64,000 nucleotides of DNA, taken from Candidatus Altimarinota bacterium. Lineage in GTDB: Bacteria > Patescibacteriota > Gracilibacteria > 1-14-2-50-48-13. The notes under the pieces are model-generated. The model was not told where the DNA came from. It did not search any database and saw only the letters and a list, made by a program, of their open reading frames with translations. Location: assembly GCA_046314355.1 (NCBI GenBank), contig JBKBWQ010000001.1:640001-704000 (forward strand), written 5' to 3'. The translations under genes and the position numbers were made by a program. Below are positions 30,842 to 41,250 of this stretch, piece after piece (the first letter of the stretch is position 1; every line of letters begins with the position of its first letter).

Positions 30842-31738
30842 CTAGTCATTCAAAATCGCTACAATTTTCCTCCGCGCATCCTTTGACTCTGGAAAAAACA
30901 AGATCGGCCATACATGGATCATCTCTTCATACGGATAATACTCAAACTCTATACCCTGTTCTTCAGCAAGTTTTTTAAATCTTACTGCATCTGGATAACA
31001 TATCTCATGAGTCCCCACAAAAAGATGAATCTTTGCTAAGTCAGTGATATTTCCGTAAATCGGACTTATCATATAGTGCGTTGGATCTAGATCCTTTGCA
31101 TATATTTTTCCGATCTCTGTTGCCGCGGGGAGTGCCAGTATAGGATCAAGCTTTTCTACCTCTGGAAGTTCAGGGTTACTAAGCGACATATCAAGTGCAG
31201 GAGAAATAAGAAGAATCTTTGAGGGCTGCGGAAGAGTTTTCTCTCTTAACGTCATAGCTAACACCAGAGCGATAGATCCTCCTGAGGAATCTCCCATTAT
31301 TGTTATATTCTCTGGAGTATTTTTCTCTATGAGTCTTTGATATAGTGGTAAGAGCATCTCAAATACATCTTTATAATAATGCATTGGAGCCAAAGGATAA
31401 ATAGGCACATGAATGCTGCATCCAGTCTCTGCAACTAAGTGAGCAAGGAATTTCCACTGTAGAGACTTGATGCGATGGACATAGCCGCCGCCGTACATAT
31501 AAAGAATATGCTTAGCTGTTATTTGGTCTAAAGGTTCTAAAAGATACACCGCATGACCATTTACTTCTGTCTTTGAAATTTTCACTTTCTTTTTCAAGAG
31601 TACAGGAGGTTCATCAGTGGTATTATCTCGTATCTTCTGTATTCCCTTCCAAAGCCTCTCCCCTGTCGCAAAACTATTTTTATTATACTTTGTAAGCTTC
31701 ATCAGCTTTTTCACAATACGGCTTTCAATACTTGGCAT
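30842..31738 (-). CDS. Alpha/beta hydrolase (HSL-like esterase)
   Basis: YGGGY, YPLAP, GDSSGG, LDPIL, MIHVW. Confidence 0.88.
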   Translation of the reverse strand: MPSIESRIVKKLMKLTKYNKNSFATGERLWKGIQKIRDNTTDEPPVLLKKKVKISKTEVNGHAVYLLEPLDQITAKHILYMYGGGYVHRIKSLQWKFLAHLVAETGCSIHVPIYPLAPMHYYKDVFEMLLPLYQRLIEKNTPENITIMGDSSGGSIALVLAMTLREKTLPQPSKILLISPALDMSLSNPELPEVEKLDPILALPAATEIGKIYAKDLDPTHYMISPIYGNITDLAKIHLFVGTHEICYPDAVRFKKLAEEQGIEFEYYPYEEMIHVWPILFFPESKDARRKIVAILND

Positions 31739-31887
31739 GACTACAATTCATTTTCTAAAACCCTTTTACTATAAAATCTTTCATCTTGAAATTCAAGTGA
31801 AGAAACTTTTCTACGAAAGTTACACCTTAGCTTCCTTTAAAGTATAGAAAGAGTATTATAGTACATTCATTTCATAACTTACCCCTT

Positions 31888-32292
31888 ATGAATTCATCCA
31901 CTACACGCAACCTGCTTCTTGCAATCTTTGCAGGTATTCTTGTTATTGCCACTATTTTCCTTCTCAGCCGCTACGTCTTTTTCAAACCCCAATTTGATAA
32001 ATGGGAGCAGGATCTAAATAATCTTGCTACTTGGGAACAAGAGTACCGTTTAACTCATCCAAATGCTACAGATGAAGAAGTCGATGCAGCATTTAAAACA
32101 GGAATAGCAGGTATGGAACAGTGGAAGAAGGAATACAAAGCCTCACATCCAACGGCTACCGACGCAGAGGTTGATCAGGCTTTAAGAAGTTCTTTTGAAG
32201 AATTTGGAAAAAATCTGGAAGAGTATAAAAAGACTCATCCAAATGCAACAGATGAAGATATCCAAAAGGCATTATCAAACATGGGGAAGTAG
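31888..32292 (+). CDS. Membrane-anchored protein with three HP(N/T)ATD repeats
   Basis: N-terminal TM; EY..THPNATDEE.D.A three times. Confidence 0.75.
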   Translation: MNSSTTRNLLLAIFAGILVIATIFLLSRYVFFKPQFDKWEQDLNNLATWEQEYRLTHPNATDEEVDAAFKTGIAGMEQWKKEYKASHPTATDAEVDQALRSSFEEFGKNLEEYKKTHPNATDEDIQKALSNMGK

Positions 32293-32295
32293 AAT

Positions 32296-32625
32296 CTACT
32301 CTCTCCATTTCCCCATCCAATTCCGGATGGACTCTAGGATAGGCACAAGGTCCTGTCCTTTTTTTGTGAGCATATATTTTACCTGTAACGGTCGCTCAGT
32401 AGTTACCTGTCTCTCAATGATTCCATTTGCTTCCAGCTCCTTGAGACGCTCGGTCAGCAGTCTATCACTCATGGATGGGATCATATCTCGCATATCGCAG
32501 AATCTGCATTCGTCTTCAGAAAGAGCAGAAATAATGGCACCAGTCCATTTTTTTCCTATCAGTTCTACAGACTTATAAAACTGTTCGCAAACTTGCTTAT
32601 TGTGTGGAGTACATTCTTTGTCCAT
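32296..32625 (-). CDS. HxlR-family winged-helix regulator
   Basis: ELIGKKWT, LTERLKELE, VKYMLTKKG; divergent from the dioxygenase. Confidence 0.9.
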   Translation of the reverse strand: MDKECTPHNKQVCEQFYKSVELIGKKWTGAIISALSEDECRFCDMRDMIPSMSDRLLTERLKELEANGIIERQVTTERPLQVKYMLTKKGQDLVPILESIRNWMGKWRE

Positions 32626-32734
32626 ACTTGACTTTAGTAAAATAACTACTTACTATTAATATGTAACTTATTCATATCGTATCATCGATGCTATAGCGTG
32701 TCTATAGATTCATTTCATTCATATATTACCTGTC

Positions 32735-33517
32735 ATGTCATACCTAAGACAAGAGAAAATACAACCAGCATTATTCATTGGGCACGGAAGTCCTGAGAAT
32801 GGAATACTTCATAACCAGTTTACTGAGGCATGGAGAGCGGTAGGATCGTCTCTCACAGCTCCTAAAGCTATACTTTCCATATCTGCACATTGGCTGACTG
32901 ATGGGACTTATGTAAACAGCAGTACACATCCTAGAACTATCCATGACTTCTACGGTTTTCAGGAAGAACTCTATGCTTTAGAATACAATGCTCCCGGAAG
33001 TCCCGAGACTGCAAGTGATATACAGAAAAAAGATACATCCATCCTTTCTGATACTTCGTGGGGGCTTGATCACGGTACATGGGTACCGCTCCTTCATATG
33101 TTCCCTGAGCATAATATTCCGGTATTTCAGATGAGCCTGGATTATAAAAAAACGTATGAGGAACATTATGCGTTAGGAAAGCGTCTGGCAGATTTAAGAA
33201 AAGAAGGAGTGCTTATACTAGGAAGTGGAAATATAGTACACAATCTGAGAATGATCGATCCTAGAGAATCTAAGATATTTGACTGGGCAGAAAATAGCGA
33301 CAAGGTTGCGGCTGAATATATACTAAAAAGAGAACACGATAAACTCATGCATCCTTTTACATCTCATCCTGATTTTGTAAAAGCTATCCCTACACCCGAA
33401 CACTACTGGCCGCTTTTGTATGTACTGGCGGCGCAGGATTCTAGTGACTCCCTATCTTTCTTCAATGAAGGAATCGTTCATGGTAGTATCGCAATGAGAA
33501 GTGTACGGATAGGATAA
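32735..33517 (+). CDS. ygiD: 4,5-DOPA dioxygenase-like extradiol dioxygenase (LigB family)
   Basis: FIGHGSP, ISAHW, TIHDFYGF, GLDHG, GSGNIVHNL, PTPEHY. Confidence 0.9.
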   Translation: MSYLRQEKIQPALFIGHGSPENGILHNQFTEAWRAVGSSLTAPKAILSISAHWLTDGTYVNSSTHPRTIHDFYGFQEELYALEYNAPGSPETASDIQKKDTSILSDTSWGLDHGTWVPLLHMFPEHNIPVFQMSLDYKKTYEEHYALGKRLADLRKEGVLILGSGNIVHNLRMIDPRESKIFDWAENSDKVAAEYILKREHDKLMHPFTSHPDFVKAIPTPEHYWPLLYVLAAQDSSDSLSFFNEGIVHGSIAMRSVRIG

Positions 33518-36055
33518 TTAGTCTTTTACATATCTGTAGAAGATTCTCTTCCCTACTTCAACTGTAAGAAGGTAGACACATACGACTCCAGCAAGTGCAA
33601 GGAGTACATACCATGGCAGCGCAACAAATCCAAATACGCTCCCGAGCGGTGTAAATGGAAGAACCCATCCTAAAATAACAATAGCAAAGGTTGAAGCCAC
33701 AAGCGCCCAGTGAGGTCTGCTTTGTATAAACGGAATCTTCTTGGTACGGATCACATGAATAATCAGGGTCTGTGTAGCGAGAGATTCTATAAACCATCCT
33801 GTCTGAAACATAGCTGCATTTGCCTGAAACACATAATAGAGTAAACCGAACGTCACAAAGTCAAAGAAGGAACTGATAAGTCCAAAAGTAAGCATAAATT
33901 TTTTTACAAATCCCATATTCCATCTCTTTGGACGAAGAGTATATTCAGGATCAATATGATCTTCAGGCAGAGTCATCTGTGAAACATCATAGAGCAGATT
34001 ATTTAAAAGAATCTGGATCGGGAGCATTGGCAGAAATGGAAGCAGTATCACAGCACCAAGCACGCTAAACATATTTCCGAAATTGGAGGAAATACCCATC
34101 ATGATGTATTTCATGGAATTACCAAAGGTCTTTCTTCCCTCTTCAATACCGTCCAGAAGTACCTTGAGACTCTTCTGCGTAAGAATGATGTCAGCGGATT
34201 CCTTTGCTACATCCACGGCATTATTTACAGAGATACCAATATCTGCAGTCTGTAATGAAGGAGCATCATTGATACCATCTCCCATATATCCTACGACATA
34301 TCCGGAAGCTTTCAGTGCCATAATAATTCTATTCTTCTCATCAGGAGAAAAACGTGCAAAAATAGTATTTTTCATCGCTACCACACGTATCGCATCATCC
34401 GTGAGGCTCGCAAGATGTCCTCCCAGAATAATTCCTTCCACAGGTATACCTAGATCCTTACAGATCTTTTCTGTCACCAGTTCATTATCTCCTGTAATGA
34501 TTTTTATAGCGACACCTCTTTCTTTCAGAGCTTCTACTACTTCTTTTACATCCTGTTTTGCAGGATCAAGAAATGCTATAAATCCTAAGAGAGTCATCTC
34601 TGATTCTTCTTCAGTATGGTATACAGGTTTTTCAGCTACTTTTTTATAAGCAATAGCTACTACGCGGTACCCTTCTCTACTCAGATCCGCATATCTCTTT
34701 AATATGTCTTCTCTCACTTTTCCCTCAAGAGAGATCTCTGTATCTCCAGACTGAACAAAGACCGAATCCTTGAGTATCTCTTCAGGCGCTCCTTTTGTAA
34801 CAAGATACCGCACCTTGTCTTTTGATACGACGACACTCATCTTCTTTCGGACAAAATCAAAGGGGATCTCATCCACCTTTTCATACTCTGAGACATCCTC
34901 TCTCTTATATCTCAGTACTGCTTCATCCATAGGATTTTCAATACTGGTCTGATAAGCACTATTTAAATATGCAAATCTTAATACTTCCTCAGAATTATTA
35001 CCAAAAGCATCTTCATACTTTACGAGATCAATACGTCCTTGAGTAAGCGTACCTGTCTTATCAGTACACAAGATATTCATGCTGCCAAGATTCGGAATGG
35101 AGAGAAGCTTCTTTACCACTACTCCTTTGTCCGCCATCTTCAGAGCTCCCCGACCCATGGTAATGGACATGATCATAGGTAGGAGCTCAGGCGTGAGACC
35201 AACCGCGATGGCAATGGCAAACATGAAAGATCCCATAATGTCATGTTTGACCAGACTATTGAAGAGAAATACGAATAGTACGATAGCAATGGTAAGCTTT
35301 AGGATCAGAAAGCTGAACTGATGAATACCTTGGCTAAATTCACTTGGAATAGGACGTTCATCAAGAGTTTTCGCAATCTTACCAAACTCAGTATCGCCTC
35401 CTGTTGCCAATACAACAGCATGAGCAGAACCAGTCACGACATTTGTACCTGAGAACACAATATTATGGAGGTCACTCAAAGATCCTTGCCCATTTCGAAT
35501 TGTATCTGAGGACTTCTCGCTAGGGAGACTCTCGCCTGTCAGTGAGGATTCATTTACAAAAAAATCCTTTGATTCAAGAATTCGTGCATCAGCCGGGATC
35601 AGATCTCCGGCGTTCAAGACAAGAATATCGCCTGGAACTACATCTTTAAAGGAAATTTCAATAGGCTTTTGATCTCGAATAACTGTAGCAGTATTCGCTA
35701 GCTGAGCTTTGAGTTTCTCTGCGGCATGACTTGCCTGACGTTCCTGAAAAAAATTCAAACATGTACTCACTAGAATAATAAGCATTACGATACTACCATC
35801 TATCACTTCTCCTCTTATGTAGGATATTACTGAGGCAAAAAGAAGAATAAGAATAAGCGGATCCTTAAATTGTTTAATAAACTCAAACACTGCCCAAGTT
35901 TTCTTTTCTTCCACTAGGATATTTCTACCAAATTCAAGAAGCCTCGCAGACGCATCGATAGATGTAAGTCCTTTTTCATTTGTAGCAAGAAGAGTTACTA
36001 CCTTTGCCTTCTCTTCGGCACTTGCCTCCTGTATACTTGGTCGTGAGATTGCCAT
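33518..36055 (-). CDS. mgtA: Magnesium-translocating P-type ATPase
   Basis: LTGES, AVGLTPELLPMI, DKTGTLT, GDGINDAP, SSNFGNMFS, NLLYD. Confidence 0.92.
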   Translation of the reverse strand: MAISRPSIQEASAEEKAKVVTLLATNEKGLTSIDASARLLEFGRNILVEEKKTWAVFEFIKQFKDPLILILLFASVISYIRGEVIDGSIVMLIILVSTCLNFFQERQASHAAEKLKAQLANTATVIRDQKPIEISFKDVVPGDILVLNAGDLIPADARILESKDFFVNESSLTGESLPSEKSSDTIRNGQGSLSDLHNIVFSGTNVVTGSAHAVVLATGGDTEFGKIAKTLDERPIPSEFSQGIHQFSFLILKLTIAIVLFVFLFNSLVKHDIMGSFMFAIAIAVGLTPELLPMIMSITMGRGALKMADKGVVVKKLLSIPNLGSMNILCTDKTGTLTQGRIDLVKYEDAFGNNSEEVLRFAYLNSAYQTSIENPMDEAVLRYKREDVSEYEKVDEIPFDFVRKKMSVVVSKDKVRYLVTKGAPEEILKDSVFVQSGDTEISLEGKVREDILKRYADLSREGYRVVAIAYKKVAEKPVYHTEEESEMTLLGFIAFLDPAKQDVKEVVEALKERGVAIKIITGDNELVTEKICKDLGIPVEGIILGGHLASLTDDAIRVVAMKNTIFARFSPDEKNRIIMALKASGYVVGYMGDGINDAPSLQTADIGISVNNAVDVAKESADIILTQKSLKVLLDGIEEGRKTFGNSMKYIMMGISSNFGNMFSVLGAVILLPFLPMLPIQILLNNLLYDVSQMTLPEDHIDPEYTLRPKRWNMGFVKKFMLTFGLISSFFDFVTFGLLYYVFQANAAMFQTGWFIESLATQTLIIHVIRTKKIPFIQSRPHWALVASTFAIVILGWVLPFTPLGSVFGFVALPWYVLLALAGVVCVYLLTVEVGKRIFYRYVKD

Positions 36056-36159
36056 ACTAAAAATGAAAGAAATATATCATCCCAATATTGTATCACACAG
36101 GCATTCTGATGTACAATAAAGTGAACGTGCATCTTTTTTCCCTATATTATAAGTAGTTT

Positions 36160-38544
36160 ATGGTTACAAATGCCCAGCCACGCATACCAGTGTTTCATAT
36201 TATTGCCAGAGAAATCGGTCCTATTCTCTTTAGAAATCTTTTCTCGCTGATTACATTAATAGTCGCGGTAGTTGTAACTATCCTTCTTCTCTTCGGTGAA
36301 CTCCGGGAGGGATTATTTCTAGGAAGTGCTCTCACTATCAATATATTAGTAGGAATCGTGCAGGAGATCAGAGCAAAGATTGCTCTTGAAAAGCTTCAAG
36401 CTCTTACAGCTCAAAAAGTACATAGGGTAAATGCCGATGGAAGTATCGAGACCATTGCTCTCAATGATGTAAAAGTCGGAGATATTCTCAAGCTTATCAC
36501 AGGAGATCAGGTGCCGGCCGATGGAAAGATTACTGAATCAAAAGCCATAGAGGTTAATGAAGCTCTGCTCACCGGTGAATCAGATAATATTCCCAAGTAT
36601 GAGGGCGAAGGAGTATTTGCAGGAAGTATAGTAGTAGCCGGTCATGCACTTATGATGGCTGAGACCACTCCAAAGGAGAGCTTTGTAGTAAAGATGACTG
36701 ACAAGGTAAAAAAATACAGCATCAACTTAAGTCCTATTCAGAGATCTATAGTAAAGTTTATACGTATCATGAGTGTAATATTGCTCATCGTGGTAGCTAT
36801 CATTCTTGTACGCGGACGTATAGCACAGGAGGAGCTCATCTCTATGGTAAAGGAGATCGCTGCTCTTACCGGTGCTCTAGTGCCGGAAGGACTTATTCTT
36901 GCTATTACACTTCTCTTTACCTACGGAGCAGTACGTCTTTTCAGAGGACAGCTGCTGCTGCAGGAGATCAACTCTACAGAAGGACTCGGACGTATCTACA
37001 ATCTTTGTATTGATAAAACTGGTACACTTACTGAGAATGAACCAACAGTAGATCAGCTTATACCCTATAATGAAAAGGAGCGGGAGGAGCTTGTATCTCT
37101 TACGTGTCATCATTTAAGAAGCAGCGAGGACACATCTTCCACAGGTACTGCACTTAAGAATTTCCTCTCCTATGATCAGAAACAAAAGACCAAGGTACTA
37201 GAGACACTTCCCTTTTCTTCCGAGAGAAAATATGCAGCAAGTAAGATCCAGACTACTGACGATGCAGTTGTTGTGACCGTCGGAGCTCCTGATATTTTGA
37301 TAACCTTTATCAAAAACGAAGTTCAGAAAAAATGGATAGAGGACATGATTGATCTCTATGCCTCACAGGCAAAGCGGCTTGTTCTTATCTGTAAAAGTAA
37401 AAATATCATCCGCACACGTGAAAAACCTGAGGATGAACTACAGGTACTTGGATTATTTGTGCTTTCAAATCCGCTTCGTCCAGGTACAAAGGATATCATA
37501 GATTTCTTCCAGAAGCGCGGAGTACAGATCCGCGTAATATCTGGCGACAATGCAAAGACGGTACAGGCTATTGCACAGCAGTGTGGGATAGAACAAAGCG
37601 ATAAGGTAGCTACAGGAAGTGAAATAGAGAAATGGAAAAGAAAGGATTTTTCAGTCATGGCACATAAATATCATCTCTTTGCCCGAGTACGTCCAGAGCA
37701 GAAAGAAAAACTTGTAAAGGCTTTTAAGAAAAGCGGATTCACAGCCATGGTAGGTGACGGGGCTAATGATGCGCTTGCTATTAAAAAAGCAGATCTGGGT
37801 ATTGCAATGTTTGATGGTGCAAGCGCCACAAGACAGATAGCCAAGATAGTGCTTATGAATAATAGTTTTGCTCTCCTTCCCACAGGAGTAAAACTTGCAG
37901 ACAGCATCATCTCCACTATAGAAATGGTAGGAAGTATTTTCTTCAATAAAGTAACGGCAAGTCTTGCTCTCTTTGTTATTATTGGGCTTCTTGGAGTAGG
38001 ATTCCCCATCGGTCCACGAAATATGACTATTATCAACTACTGTATTATTGGGTTTCCCGTATTCTACTGGGCAGCATTTCCTGCAGATCAGGAGAGAAGC
38101 ATCGAGGATAGACACTTCCTCAAAAAGGTTATGCCAATGGCGGCAATTAATGGACTTCTGACGGCTCTTGCCTGTGTCGCAGTGTTTATAGCCACAAAAG
38201 GCTATATGCATCCAGGGGACCATAATACATCAGTGGTATTTACCTTTGCAATGCTCGGGTACTGGTTCTTCTTGAACGTACCTAATTCACTCAATATTAA
38301 AACCACCTTGAAGCAGCGTAGAATAGCTTACGGACTTGGAGTGGTGGAAGTGCTCCTTTTCATGATTATTCTACAAGTACCGGTACTCTCAGAATTCTTT
38401 GATCTGCAGATGCCAAATATATATAGTATCCTTATGACCCTTAGTATTATCGGTCTCACTGGATCTCTCCAATATATTATACTGACAGTATTATTTAAGG
38501 AAAAATATCTCAATAAGCTTAGGAGGATATTTTCCTTGGAATAA
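36160..38544 (+). CDS. Cation-transporting P-type ATPase (CtpE-like)
   Basis: LTGES, VPEGL, DKTGTLT, SGDN, GDGANDA. Confidence 0.88.
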   Translation: MVTNAQPRIPVFHIIAREIGPILFRNLFSLITLIVAVVVTILLLFGELREGLFLGSALTINILVGIVQEIRAKIALEKLQALTAQKVHRVNADGSIETIALNDVKVGDILKLITGDQVPADGKITESKAIEVNEALLTGESDNIPKYEGEGVFAGSIVVAGHALMMAETTPKESFVVKMTDKVKKYSINLSPIQRSIVKFIRIMSVILLIVVAIILVRGRIAQEELISMVKEIAALTGALVPEGLILAITLLFTYGAVRLFRGQLLLQEINSTEGLGRIYNLCIDKTGTLTENEPTVDQLIPYNEKEREELVSLTCHHLRSSEDTSSTGTALKNFLSYDQKQKTKVLETLPFSSERKYAASKIQTTDDAVVVTVGAPDILITFIKNEVQKKWIEDMIDLYASQAKRLVLICKSKNIIRTREKPEDELQVLGLFVLSNPLRPGTKDIIDFFQKRGVQIRVISGDNAKTVQAIAQQCGIEQSDKVATGSEIEKWKRKDFSVMAHKYHLFARVRPEQKEKLVKAFKKSGFTAMVGDGANDALAIKKADLGIAMFDGASATRQIAKIVLMNNSFALLPTGVKLADSIISTIEMVGSIFFNKVTASLALFVIIGLLGVGFPIGPRNMTIINYCIIGFPVFYWAAFPADQERSIEDRHFLKKVMPMAAINGLLTALACVAVFIATKGYMHPGDHNTSVVFTFAMLGYWFFLNVPNSLNIKTTLKQRRIAYGLGVVEVLLFMIILQVPVLSEFFDLQMPNIYSILMTLSIIGLTGSLQYIILTVLFKEKYLNKLRRIFSLE

Positions 38545-38594
38545 AAAAAAGACCATACGGTTGTACGGTCTTGTGTGCAGTTTTTATTTATAAA

Positions 38595-38888
38595 CTAATA
38601 TCCAGCTGCGAGAGACCAGTGGGTCTCATGAGTACGATCATGTAATGAGCCAGCCATTACATCTCCGTTTTCTCTATCCATAGGTATTGAGCATAGCGCT
38701 ACTACCACAACCAGAGTCATGGTTAGTCCAAGGATTACTTTGTCTTTAAAGGACAAAGGTTTTTCAACTGGTTCCATTATAGCAGTTATTTGTTCTCTAT
38801 TCATCATTTCCTCCTTAAGGAATGATCGAAATATTTTTGTTTTTCCCTCTTTAAGGATATCAAAATTGATATCCTCAAAAGGAGGCAA
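38595..38888 (-). CDS. Small membrane hypothetical protein (start uncertain)
   Basis: One TM segment. Confidence 0.45.
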   Translation of the reverse strand: MPPFEDINFDILKEGKTKIFRSFLKEEMMNREQITAIMEPVEKPLSFKDKVILGLTMTLVVVVALCSIPMDRENGDVMAGSLHDRTHETHWSLAAGY

Positions 38889-38925
38889 ATTATTGCAAAA
38901 TATTGACTACTTGTAAAGATAAGTC

Positions 38926-39471
38926 TTAATTTTCCTCTGAGACAAGTTTTTCATCAATAGAATACTCACCTAGAGCCTTGAGCACAGCTGGATCAAGAGG
39001 CTTTGTCTGTGATATCTTTTTTTGGGATTCCACAGACTGTGGCTGTGATACTGCGTTATTTTCTTCTATATCCCCATATATCTTAGTTGGAGCACTATCA
39101 ACATTTACACGCTCTAGAAGGATATCCCGTATCTGCTCATTTGTGATACTTATCCAGTACATCATAAAAGATTCTATAGCTTCTCTCCTGATTACTTTCA
39201 CTCTCTCTTCGTCTCTATCATGGATTACGATATCTAAGGTACGCCGTTCACTCTGCATTCCATCTATAGGATTAGGATAGCGGTATGACTTCACATTTAC
39301 CCTAACCGCCACATCTCCATGGACCACTATACTCTTTATTATGTCATGGATATTATGTATATGAACTGCCATTTCTATCTGTAATTCTTTTGGCACAACC
39401 ACTAAAAGGTCATCTAGAGTTCCCTCTATCATACCTGTACTACACTGCTCTTTTACTTTTGTAGTCTCCAT
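38926..39471 (-). CDS. Hypothetical protein
   Basis: 181-aa ORF filling the intergenic space. Confidence 0.6.
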   Translation of the reverse strand: METTKVKEQCSTGMIEGTLDDLLVVVPKELQIEMAVHIHNIHDIIKSIVVHGDVAVRVNVKSYRYPNPIDGMQSERRTLDIVIHDRDEERVKVIRREAIESFMMYWISITNEQIRDILLERVNVDSAPTKIYGDIEENNAVSQPQSVESQKKISQTKPLDPAVLKALGEYSIDEKLVSEEN

Positions 39472-39624
39472 AATAATAGTTAAAAAAGAGTTAGGCTATC
39501 TAGAACTATATGCTCAATAATATTAGTGGCAAGAAGTATTAATAATTTAATAACTATGCATATATAAAAGATATGAGACTGAAAATTGTACAATAATTTT
39601 TCTTACTTCCTTTTGCTTTCAAAC

Positions 39625-39637
39625 GCAACTTTGTTAC
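39625..39637 (+). promoter_or_regulatory. Candidate Fur/Zur operator upstream of permease
   Basis: GCAACTTTGTTAC, matching the palindromes at 44189 and 44213. Confidence 0.5.
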
Positions 39638-39665
39638 ACTACTGAGGATTATTACTTGCACAAAT

Positions 39666-40550
39666 ATGTCAGACGCAGTTACTGTATTCTTAGGTATTAT
39701 CTTTGAAGCTACTCCTTTTATACTTCTAGGAGTAATCATTTCATCAATTCTACATCTATTTATTAAAGATGAGACTATTCTGAGACTTATACCAAAGAAT
39801 CCTTTTCTTGGTGTACTTGCCAGTGCATGTTTTGGTTTTCTTTTCCCTGTCTGCGAATGCGGAAATATTCCTGTAGCAAAAAGGCTGTTGCAGAAAAATG
39901 TACCTCCTTTTATGGTCACTACATTTTTGCTGGCAGCACCAGTCTTTAACCCTATTGTGATTTTTTCCACAATGGTTGCCTTTAAGGATCAGCCTGAGAT
40001 GGTATGGATGAGAGTAGGATTTTCGCTTTTGATAGCATGCAGTATTGGTCTTCTCATGAGTAGAATAAAAAATCCTTCAGAGCTTATCGTAGCTTCAGCA
40101 CAACATCATAATAGCGCAAGCTGCTGTTCTACGAAAAAACACAGACATTCTCTGAAGGAAATTTTTCCAAATATTGCAAAGGAATTTCTGGAAATGATGA
40201 GTATTCTTATTCTCGGAGCATTTATAGCAGCTGTAGTTCAAGGCATACTTCCTCGAAACTTTATCACCGCTGTCGGTAATGGACCTATACTTTCCATTAT
40301 ATGTATGATGTTACTTGCTGCAGTAATCTCTATCTGCTCTACAGTAGATGCTTTCTTTGCTCTCTCTTATACAGCAGCCTTTACCTCCCCTTCCATACTT
40401 GCCTTTCTCATTTTCGGACCAATGATTGATATCAAAACTATTATTATGCTTCGCGGAATCTATAAAGGGAAAACGATTTTCTGGATTACTATTCTTACAG
40501 GACTTATGACTCTCGCTATCACACTTTTTATGAACTTACATATTTCATAA
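39666..40550 (+). CDS. Permease, YcgR/DUF318 type (metal uptake)
   Basis: EATPFILLG, FPVCECG, FLLAAP..NP, His/Cys loop, SICSTVDAF, GPMIDIK. Confidence 0.88.
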   Translation: MSDAVTVFLGIIFEATPFILLGVIISSILHLFIKDETILRLIPKNPFLGVLASACFGFLFPVCECGNIPVAKRLLQKNVPPFMVTTFLLAAPVFNPIVIFSTMVAFKDQPEMVWMRVGFSLLIACSIGLLMSRIKNPSELIVASAQHHNSASCCSTKKHRHSLKEIFPNIAKEFLEMMSILILGAFIAAVVQGILPRNFITAVGNGPILSIICMMLLAAVISICSTVDAFFALSYTAAFTSPSILAFLIFGPMIDIKTIIMLRGIYKGKTIFWITILTGLMTLAITLFMNLHIS

Positions 40551-41249
40551 ATGATACACTTATATATTCGTTACATAGCCGGTCTTCTTCTTATATTATT
40601 CGGAGGTATCATACTCTATCTTCAGAATGCTGATAAGTTGGGATTTTATGTCTACCCTACACATATTATTTATATTTCTCTTTCAGCATTTGTACTGATA
40701 CTTACAGGGGTTTTTATTATATTTGTAAAAAGAGGTATTCACTTCCACTTGGAAAATACATACCTGCTGCCAGTATTATTTATTCCTATTCTGCTTGTGC
40801 TTTTCTTTCCCTCAAAGCCTCTTTCAAGTGATGCAGCTCTTGCTCGCGGCGTAGTAGAAGACCTTCCTGTCTTTGCTGCAGATACATCATTCAGCTTTAA
40901 TGTAGATCCGAAAAATAGACAAATTCTTGACTGGATAAAAGCATTTAATGCAGACCCCGAGCCAAACAGTTATGTTGGACAAGAAGTGGATATTCAAGGA
41001 TTTGTAGTACCTTCTGAGATCCCGAATACTTTTTTTATTACACGATTTTATATTGCATGCTGCGCTGCTGATGCACGTCCAATAGCAATTCCCGTAGAAT
41101 ACTCAGGAGATTTCACACCTGCGAAAGATGATTGGCTGGAGATTGAAAGAATAATGAAATCAGGAATCATAAATGGCGAGAGAAAAGTAGTTATTGAGAT
41201 GAAAAAATCCACTCCTATACCCGTACCTAGTAATCCTTACGCCTTTTAG
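40551..41249 (+). CDS. YcgQ/TIGR03943-type permease partner
   Basis: RFYIACCAADA; P.NPY C-terminus; abuts the permease gene. Confidence 0.85.
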   Translation: MIHLYIRYIAGLLLILFGGIILYLQNADKLGFYVYPTHIIYISLSAFVLILTGVFIIFVKRGIHFHLENTYLLPVLFIPILLVLFFPSKPLSSDAALARGVVEDLPVFAADTSFSFNVDPKNRQILDWIKAFNADPEPNSYVGQEVDIQGFVVPSEIPNTFFITRFYIACCAADARPIAIPVEYSGDFTPAKDDWLEIERIMKSGIINGERKVVIEMKKSTPIPVPSNPYAF

Positions 41250-41250
41250 T

